DNA of 64,000 nucleotides, from positions 30,132,001 through 30,196,000 of the forward strand of contig OZ024750.1 in assembly GCA_964016885.1 (NCBI GenBank), read 5' to 3'. Numbering within the stretch: the first letter of the stretch is position 1; the number at the start of each line of letters is the position of its first letter. Origin of the DNA: Eledone cirrhosa. Its lineage: Eukaryota. Both the position numbers and the translations under genes were made by a program. Positions 54,573 through 64,000 of the stretch are shown here, in pieces. The notes below the pieces were generated by a model that was not told the origin of the DNA, ran no database searches, and worked only from the letters and a program-made list of their open reading frames with translations.

Positions 54573-54871
54573 TTGGCAGTATCGGTAGAGAGTCGGACGC
54601 CATGCTTTCCAGCATAATTACGTCCCTTTACGGTCTGAGTTCAAATCCCGCCGAGGTTAACTCTGCCTTTCATCCTTACGGGGTCGATAAAATAAAGTAC
54701 CAGTAATGTACTGGGTAATTGCTAGCCTTGTGCCTAAAATAGAAACAATTATTATCGTCTGAGTTCAAATCCCGCCGAGGTTAACTTTGCCTTTCATCCT
54801 TACGGGGTCGATAAAATAAAGTACCAGTAATGTACTGGATAATTGCTGGCCTTGTGCCAAAAGTAGAAACA
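54573..54871 (+). mobile_element. SINE B head-to-tail 1.6-mer inserted in SINE C
   Basis: TSD ATTATTTCTATAGAGGA at 54556-54572 and 54872-54888. Confidence 0.8.
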
Positions 54872-55189
54872 ATTATTTCTATAGAGGAAGAATCAATCCG
54901 AGTACTGGACTGGTACTTTTTTTATCGACCTCGGAGGGATGAAACGCAAAGTTGACCACGGTGGGATTTGAACTCAAAGCGTGCAATGTGGTGGGACGTA
55001 TACCATAAAGCATTCTATCTGATGTCTTAACGACTCTGCTAACTCAATTTTATTGTTCTGTTAAAAGTTCAATAGAAGCAAGATGTGAAAAACCCATTCC
55101 AGAGCAGACATGTAGGAATATTACAGAAAACAATATATATTGTAATACATGTGACAAGGTACGAAAGTAATCAGAATATATATATGTAG

Positions 55190-55221
<32 letters not shown>

Positions 55222-55224
55222 TTT

Positions 55225-55269
<45 letters not shown>

Positions 55270-56358
55270 CTATCTATGTGTGTGTGTATGTGTGTGTGTT
55301 TCTATCTATGTGTGTGTGTGTGTGTGTTTCTATCTATGTGTGTGTGTTTCTATCTATGTGTGTGTGTATGTTTCTATCGATGTGTGTGTGTATGTGTGTT
55401 TCTATCTATGTGTGTGTGTGTTTCTATCTTTGTGTGTGTGTGTGTGTGTGTTTCTATCTATGTGTGTGTGTGTGTGTTTCTATCTATGTGTGTGTGCGTG
55501 TGTCTATCTATGTGTGTGTGTGTTTCTATCTATGTGTGTGTGTGTTTCTATCTATGTGTGTATATATTTGGGAGTGGTGAACACACAACAGTCCTTGGAA
55601 AAGAGGTATGATGGTGATGGCGGTGATGGTGGTGATGGTGGTGATGGTGATGAATATATATGGAATGTGCTGGAGATGATGATAGAGATGATGATGGTGG
55701 TGATTGTGATGGTGGTGGTTGTGATGGTGGTGGTGGTGATGGTGATGATGATAGAGATGATGGTGATAGAGATGATGATGATGGTGGTGATTGTGATGGT
55801 GGTGGTGGTGATGGTGGTGGTGGTGATGGTGATGATGATAGAGATGATGGTGATAGAGATGATGATGATTGATATCACGACGATGGTGGTGGTGGTGGTG
55901 ATGAAGGTGGTGGTAATGATGGAGATGATGATAGAGATGATGAAGATGGTGATGATGATGATGATGATGATGATGGTAATGAATAAGGTGATGATGATGA
56001 TAGAGATGATGATGGTGCTAGTGATGGGGCTGAAGGTGGTTCAAAAGCTATACAATAAACCTGTCAAAATTCAAATTTATGCATAGTAAAATTCACATAT
56101 TTACACATATAAGATTATATATGTGTAGGAGTGTATGTATGTGTGTATGTGTGTGTGTGTGGGGGGGGGGAGAGAAAGAGAGAGAGAGAGAGAGTGTGAG
56201 GAATAGAGAGAAAGAGAGAGAGTATATTTATACATGTGAAGATTTATGGCTTGTACTGTTTTATTAGCTCAGGAATACTGAAAGGTGATGTTGACCTCAA
56301 CAGGATCTGAACTGAAAAAATATATATATATCGTGTAGGTGTCATGACAAAAAGTACG

Positions 56359-58190
56359 CAGCACACTCTGTCAATGTGGTTGGTCTTAGGAAGGGCATCC
56401 AGCTGTAGAAAACCAGCCCCAAAGCACCCAGCCCACACTGTAAAGTGGACGTGTAAAAGACACGGCAAAAAGCACCCAGCACACTCTGTCAATGTTGTTG
56501 GTGTTAGGAAGGGCATCCAGCCATAGAAAGCCAGCCCCAAAACACCCAGCCCACACTGTAAAGTGGACGCGTAAAAGACACGGCAAAAAGCACCCAGCAC
56601 ACTCTGTCAATGTGGTTGGTGTTAGGAAGGGCATCCAGCCATAGAAAACCAGCCCCAAAACACCCAGCCCACACTGTAAAGTGGACGCGTAAAAGACACG
56701 GCAAAAAGCACCCAGCACACTCTGTCAATGTGGTTGGTGTTAGGAAGGGCATCCAGCCATAGAAAACCAGCCCCAAAACACCCAGCCCACACTGTAAAGT
56801 GGACGCGTAAAAGACACGGCAAAAAGCACCCAGCACACTCTGTCAATGTGGTTGGTGTTAGGAAGGGCATCCAGCCATAGAAAACCAGCCCCAAAACACC
56901 CAGCCCACACTGTAAAGTGGACGCGTAAAAGACACGGCAAAAAGCACCCAGCACACTCTGTCAATGTGGTTGGTGTTAGGAAGGGCATCCAGCCATAGAA
57001 AACCAGCCCCAAAACACCCAGCCCACACTGTAAAGTGGACGCGTAAAAGACACGGCAAAAAGCACCCAGCACACTCTGTCAATGTGGTTGGTGTTAGGAA
57101 GGGCATCCAGCCATAGAAAACCAGCCCCAAAACACCCAGCCCACACTGTAAAGTGGACGCGTAAAAGACACGGCAAAAAGCACCCAGCACACTCTGTCAA
57201 TGTGGTTGGTGTTAGGAAGGGCATCCAGCCATAGAAAACCAGCCCCAAAACACCCAGCCCACACTGTAAAGTGGACGCGTAAAAGACACGGCAAAAAGCA
57301 CCCAGCACACTCTGTCAATGTGGTTGGTGTTAGGAAGGGCATCCAGCCATAGAAAACCAGCCCCAAAACACCCAGCCCACACTGTAAAGTGGACGCGTAA
57401 AAGACACGGCAAAAAGCACTCAGCACACTCTGTCAATGTGGTTGGTGTTAGGAAGGGCATCCAGCCATAGAAAACCAGCCCCAAAACACCCAGCCCATAC
57501 TGTAAAGTGGACGCGTAAAAGACACGGCAAAAAGCACCCAGCACACTCTGTCAATGTGGTTGGTGTTAGGAAGGGCATCCAGCCATAGAAAACCAGCCCC
57601 AAAACACCCAGCCCACACTGTAAAGTGGACGCGTAAAAGACACGGCAAAAAGCACCCAGCACACTCTGTCAATGTGGTTGGTGTTAGGAAGGGCATCCAG
57701 CCATAGAAAACCAGCCCCAAAACACCCAGCCCACACTGTAAAGTGGACGCGTAAAAGACACGGCAAAAAGCACCCAGCACACTCTGTCAATGTGGTTGGT
57801 GTTAGGAAGGGCATCCAGCCATAGAAAGCCAGCCCCAAAATACCCAGCCCACACTGTAAAGTGGACGCGTAAAAGACACGGCAAAACGCACCCAGCACAC
57901 TCTGTCAATGTGGTTGGTGTTAGGAAGGGCATCCAGCCATAGAAAACCAGCCCCAAAACACCCAGCCCACATTGTAAAGTGGACGTGTAAAAGACACGGC
58001 AAAAAGCACCCAGCACACTCTGTCAATGTGGTTGGTGTTAGGAAGGGCATCCAGCCATAGAAAACCAGCCCCAAAACACCCAGCCCACATTGTAAAGTGG
58101 ACGTGTAAAAGACACGGCAAAAAGCACCCAGCACACTCTGTCAATGTGGTTGGTGTTAGGAAGGGCATCCAGCTGTAGAAAACCAGCCAG
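56359..58190 (+). repeat. 118-bp satellite (~15.5 copies) derived from the SINE A body; SINE tail follows to ~58310
   Basis: Unit contains GGAAGGGCATCCAGCCATAGAAAACCAGCC and CCCAGCCCACACTGTAAAGTGG. Confidence 0.96.
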
Positions 58191-58538
58191 AAAATCTCCT
58201 ATATGAACGAGACACGGTCACCCAACCCATCTTGCCTCTAATTGGGACAAACCCGTCTAACCAATGCTAGCGTGGAAGATGGACGTTAATCGACAATGAT
58301 GATGATGATGATATATATTTATATACTCTTTTTTTTTTTTCTTCGAAAGAGGTGGATGGAGCACACAATAAAGAAAACAGAAAAAATAATGGGAAAAAAC
58401 AGACAGTCCCATCTCCTCAATCAACCTCTGGAAATCATTACAGTTACAAGATATTAAAGTTGATACTGTTCATCCCAGTCCACATTGAGATACAACAACA
58501 ACACAAGTAGAGATAAAGATAGGATAAGCTACAAACCA

Positions 58539-59062
58539 AATAATTGTTTCTACTTTTGGCACAAGGCCAGCAATTACCCAGTGCATTACTGGTACTTTAT
58601 TTTATCAACCTCGTAACGATGAAAGGCAAAGTTAACCTCGGGAGGGATTAAACTCAGACTGTAAAGGGCCATAACTCTATGTTGCAAAACATGGCGTCCG
58701 ACCTTCTACCGATACTGCCAATCCACAGCCAAATAATTGTTTCTACTTTTGGCACAAGGCCAGCAATTATCCAGTGCATTACTGGTACTTTATTTTATCG
58801 ACCCCGTAACGATGAAAGGCAAAGTTGACCTCGGGAGGGATTAAACTCAGACTGTAAAGGGCCTTAACTCTATGCTGCAAAACATGGCGTCCGACCTTCT
58901 ACCGATACTGCCAATCCACAGCCAAATAATTGTTTCTACTTTTGGCACAAGGCCAGCAATTATCTCAGTGCATTACTGGTACTTTATTTTATTGACCCCG
59001 TAAGGATGAAAGGCAAAGTTAACCTCGGCGGATTTGAACTCAGATCATAAAGGGAGGTAACT
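58539..59062 (-). repeat. Tandem SINE B, ~192-bp unit x2.7
   Basis: AATAATTGTTTCTAC recurs at ~58539, 58732, 58925. Confidence 0.88.
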
Positions 59063-59296
59063 CTATTCAACTGAAAATGAATGGAAGCGGTGTACAAGTG
59101 TTTGTTCAAAGGAGGAGAAAATATATAGAAGGGAGAGAAATAAAGAATAAAAGGGAGTGTGGACTGCAAGTCCAACATGTAGACAAAGAGGAATGCCATT
59201 GAGGTGTTGAAAAGTAGGAAGGGTGAATAGGGGATGTCAGATGGGATGATAAATATCCATACATATACACGCACATACAAACACACACATACATAT

Positions 59297-59331
<35 letters not shown>

Positions 59332-59378
59332 CACACACATACAGAAACATATACATTCATATATATGCTATATATGTG

Positions 59379-59416
<38 letters not shown>

Positions 59417-59437
59417 CATACAAACATATATATATAT

Positions 59438-59470
<33 letters not shown>

Positions 59471-59471
59471 C

Positions 59472-59538
<67 letters not shown>

Positions 59539-59570
59539 TACAGAAACATATACATTCATATATATGCGTA

Positions 59571-59617
<47 letters not shown>

Positions 59618-59793
59618 TTTTATATATATATATACATATATTTTGATATATATATATATAAATTCCATTTGTTGCAACACTGATTCTCTTTGTGATATCA
59701 TACTCTGCTCTATGAGAGCATCGAGTGCTCATACGGCCTACCGCATATGGACGCTCTAAGCATCCAACACCAATTATATATATATATATACAT

Positions 59794-59844
<51 letters not shown>

Positions 59845-59875
59845 TATATATATACACACATATATATATACACAC

Positions 59876-59906
<31 letters not shown>

Positions 59907-59921
59907 TACATATATATATAT

Positions 59922-59966
<45 letters not shown>

Positions 59967-60065
59967 TATATATATATATATACACACACATACATATATA
60001 TATATATACACACACATACATATATTTATATATATATATACACACATACATATATATATATATAT

Positions 60066-60150
<85 letters not shown>

Positions 60151-60183
60151 CATATATATACATACATACACACAAACATACTT

Positions 60184-60234
<51 letters not shown>

Positions 60235-60425
60235 ATTTAAGTATCGTGAGAGAGAAGAATAGGTTTAAAGGGATAAGTGATACATATAGTTAGTTGCCAA
60301 ACGGTTGTGCATTCGTGCTCAATACTTGTGCCTACAGGGTTAAATATTGGAAGCGTTAATATTTAGCAGCCGAGAAGATAAGCAGAGCGGTTACAAATAA
60401 AAGGATTACAAAGGAGAATATATAC

Positions 60426-60749
60426 TTTTTGATTTCCATGTGTCTAACACACGTGGACATGCCCACAAAGTAAGAAAACAACACAGTTCCCATGACTTTC
60501 TGAAACATTTTTCACGCTCAGAGTTGCTGAAGCATGGAACAAACTACCTCCATCAGTTGTTAGCTGTCGAGACACTGCATCCTTTAAGGCCTCCATGCTT
60601 CCCGAGATCCGCCAACACTACAGCTAACACAAACACACATGTAATTCCCTGACATTTGTGTATTATTCTATGTACTATACATACATCTTTGACGAGTTGT
60701 AGTGCACCTGAGCACTTTACACAATAATTTCATTATTATTATTATTATT
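60426..60749 (+). mobile_element. CR1-clade LINE 3' end with (ATT)n tail
   Basis: TRGHAHKVRKQHSSHDFLKHF / TLRVAEAWNKLP (frameshift). Confidence 0.8.
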
Positions 60750-60882
60750 ATACTGTCAGAACATGTTAATATAAAAGCACCTACTAACATTTCGCCCGAA
60801 AAGAGCTTATCAAGGGCATAGAAAACTACAGTGTTCAGTACTGAACACTGGGTCCTGTACTGAACACTCTGTAGTTTTCTAT

Positions 60883-60923
60883 GCCCTTGAGAAGCCCTTT
60901 TCGGGCGAAACGCACGTAGGTGC
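60883..60923 (+). ncRNA. Variant (U3-A8) minimal hammerhead motif (H3) in fold-back element ~60400-60975
   Basis: GCCC-TTGAGAA-GCCC TTTTC GGGC-GAAA-CGCACG-TA-GGTGC. Confidence 0.6.
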
Positions 60924-60973
60924 TTTTATATAAACCTGTTCTGACACTATATATTCTCCTTTGTAATCCTTTC

Positions 60974-61030
<57 letters not shown>

Positions 61031-61390
61031 CACACACACACACATAGAAACATACTTATACTTACACACACATACATATATATTAATACATAGAGTTAAA
61101 ATTAAATAGTTTACCTAATATTGCATTTCAAATTATCCCAAAATACTGTACTGCATTAATTAATCCATGTTGCCAGCATATGCAGATGTATGCAAATTAG
61201 ACAGCCCAGCTTAGCTGTGCCGTAGCCTGTACACACCTCAATAAATAACTATAAGTTCCCTATCTCGCCATAGATATAAGACAAATCTTTTCGACAGCTT
61301 GACCGTTGAGTTATATTCAAACATTGTATGCACATCCATTGAAAACATTATTATGATATCTGCTGTATCCAATTTGAAACAAAAATATTA

Positions 61391-61619
61391 TTAACCCTTT
61401 AGCATTTAAACCGGCCATATCTGGCCAGAATTCTCTCCCCTCTTTCTGTTCAAACCAGCTGTAACCAGCCACTCATACTGATGCTAAGGTATTGTTCTCA
61501 AAATAAATAATATCAAAATCTCATAGATTCGATATTATGTGAGATAATTCTGTGAGGTAAAGTCTTTACTGTGAAAATATAATTGTTTATATAGGGTAAT
61601 GTAAATGTTAAAGGGTTAA
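61391..61619. mobile_element. Uninterrupted piggyBac MITE family 1 (~220 bp)
   Basis: TTAA-CCCTTTAGCATTTA...TAAATGTTAAAGGG-TTAA. Confidence 0.9.
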
Positions 61620-61825
61620 ATATCCTTCCAGTTACTTGTATTCCAATAAATGTTGATAAATCCTAGTAAAGAAAGCAACAGTCTAACAGTAAAAATATAA
61701 AGAAGAGTTGAGGTTGTAGCGTGGTTGTGTTTGCTAATAAGTTAGCAGTTGTTTCATACTTTCTCATTGCTGTGAAACAATTTTTCTTTCCATCTTGTTC
61801 CTACATTAACCAATATCGCTTAAAA

Positions 61826-61980
61826 CAGCAGCCACCAACCGGTGATCTGAGACAAAACTTTGGTGGTCCGCAGAAAATTTTAATGTATTTATCTTTTTAA
61901 AAAAATTCATATTAGTGGTCTGCAGGATTTAAAATTATGAATTTAGTTGTCTGTGAGGTTCGAAAGGTTGGCAACCACTG
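61826..61980. mobile_element. hAT (Charlie-like) MITE
   Basis: TIR CAGCAGCCACCAACC/GGTTGGCAACCACTG, perfect 8-bp TSD GCTTAAAA. Confidence 0.85.
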
Positions 61981-62468
61981 GCTTAAAATATGTCATGTGT
62001 CCTTATCTAGCCAAAATTGTTGTCACACTCAAGCCTGGAGTGGAACTCATACAAACTTAGAGACCTAGTTGTTCAATGTTTCTTTAGTATTCTTTACTTT
62101 GTCTGATGAACACCTAACAAAACTGGAAACTACTCAGAGCAGATCAGACATTTCCTGCTAATGAGAGAGAGCATGACTTTATTTTTCACATCACTACAAT
62201 GGAGCTAACACTTTATGTTTATCAAAGAAGACATATTACATTACATTTCAAATTATACAAAACCTTTGCAGATTATAAATTAATTTATATAAATACAAAG
62301 AGAGGGTGATGATGGGGTGAAACCCTAAAGCAATAGAGACGCTTGAGATCACGAAACAAATGAAATTTCTATTGATTAAAAATATAAAATATAGCATAAG
62401 AGTGTCAGCTTGTGCATTGAGATATATATATGTATATATATATAGATATACATATGTGTGCGTGCTTT

Positions 62469-62531
<63 letters not shown>

Positions 62532-63099
62532 AGAAGTATGCTAGAAGCCAAATGTAACAGAAACCGCACCAATATATGAATACAGATATAACATATATAT
62601 GTGTGTATATGATATTAAATAAATGGAAACTATATTTATAAAACCATATTTATTTCGTTATATATATTTCACTTTTTCATTTTCTCTTTTTTTTTTTTTT
62701 TTCTCTCTATATAACGGCTATTTTCTCTCTTAACTACATACATCTCTCTTTACATTAATACTAGAGCTAAATAAATAAATAAATAAATAAATAAATGTAT
62801 CAACCGATACTCAACTTCCTAGTTTCTCTATCTATCTCTATCTATCTCTTTCTTTATTCCTCTCTCTATATATATTTCTCTCTGTTTCTTTACATGAAGT
62901 TCTTCTCTTTATCTATCTTTCTATATCTCTCTATTTAGTCACATGCATTTCTTCTTTTTCTTCGTTTCTCTTTCTTTCTTTCTTTCTCTCTTTCTTTTTA
63001 CAACTGTCCACAATATTTTTTACTGCCAAATCAACCTCCCAAATGCAAGGTGATTGAAAGGTATGTCGTATCTATTTATTTATAAGACTGTTTATATTG

Positions 63100-63165
63100 T
63101 ATTTTGTCTGAAGAAGGCATAACATATTGTTAATATGATATCCCTGAAATATATATAACGAAATA
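63100..63165 (+). ncRNA. Minimal type I hammerhead ribozyme motif (H1, divergent subfamily); inverted partial copy at ~62612-62670
   Basis: TATTTTGT-CTGAAGA-stem II-GAAA-TATATA-TA-ACGAAATA. Confidence 0.78.
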
Positions 63166-63650
63166 AATATGGTTTTATAAATATAGTTTCCATTTATTTA
63201 ATATCATAAATATACTCCAAATACTTGTTGAGTGCTTTTATATCAGTTATAAATATTTACTCGTTGTTAACCCAACAATTTAAATATAACTTTCCATGTG
63301 TGTATATATATATATATATGTATCATCATCATCCAAGATAGATGTTAAACGATGATGATGATGATGATGATACATATACATATAAACACAATATATATAT
63401 ATATACATATATATATATACACACACAAATATACATATATACACATATATATACACACACACACAAACACACACATATATATATATACACCCACACATAT
63501 ATATATATATATATATACACCCACACATATATATATAACAAATGCAGCACATTTGACACCAAATATAACTGCCATACATTGAGAAATTACAAATCAGTCA
63601 TTCATTATCTCCTAGCATTTCCATGATGCTTTACAATCCTTGCTAAATAT

Positions 63651-64000
63651 GTGACCAATACACCACTAGTATGACCAATACACCACTAGTATGACCAATA
63701 CACCATTAGTATGACCAATACACCATTAGTATGACCAATACACCATTAGTATGACCAATACACCATTAGTATGACCAATACACCATTAGTATGACCAATA
63801 CACCACTAGTATGACCAATACACCACTAGTATGACAATACACCACTGATATTACCAATACACCACTAGTATGACCACCAATACACCACTAGTATGACCAA
63901 TACACCACTAGTATGACCAATAGACCACTAGTATGACCAATAGACCACTAGTATGACCAATACACCATTAGTATGACCAATACACCATTAGTATGACCAA
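63651..64000. repeat. 20-bp minisatellite, runs off the window end
   Basis: ATGACCAATACACCA(C/T)TAGT. Confidence 0.96.

Noticed and set aside
56244-58168. Series of near-identical 110-aa ORFs
   Set aside because: Artefact of the 118-bp satellite
59705-59745. CTATGA-GAGCA/TGCTC-ATA hammerhead-like hairpin
   Set aside because: Both core boxes mutated, so it cannot be supported
62098-62140. CTGATGA..GAAA motif
   Set aside because: Stems II and III do not pair convincingly

Overview
Eukaryotic, AT-rich, repeat-saturated non-genic or intronic DNA. The SINE, LINE and microsatellite repertoire strongly suggests a coleoid cephalopod, probably Octopus (inference). The only convincing long ORF is a young, 5'-truncated Tx1/L1-type LINE reverse transcriptase (24430-26586), inserted in a ~5 kb 18-20 bp minisatellite. 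Most other ORFs in the track are microsatellite or tandem-repeat artefacts. The window also holds remnants of CRE, R4/Dong, RTE and CR1 LINEs, several tRNA-SINE families, piggyBac/hAT/Tigger MITEs and many tandem arrays. Main observations: (1) at least three families of minimal type I hammerhead ribozyme motifs in (TA)n-associated, often fold-back, Penelope-like remnants, with a compensatory base change in stem I; (2) repeated birth of minisatellites from TE pieces (LINE endonuclease active-site codons, SINE body and tail, MITE TIR); (3) a piggyBac MITE acting as a landing pad for nested insertions; (4) a possible phase-compatible chain of small minus-strand host exons.
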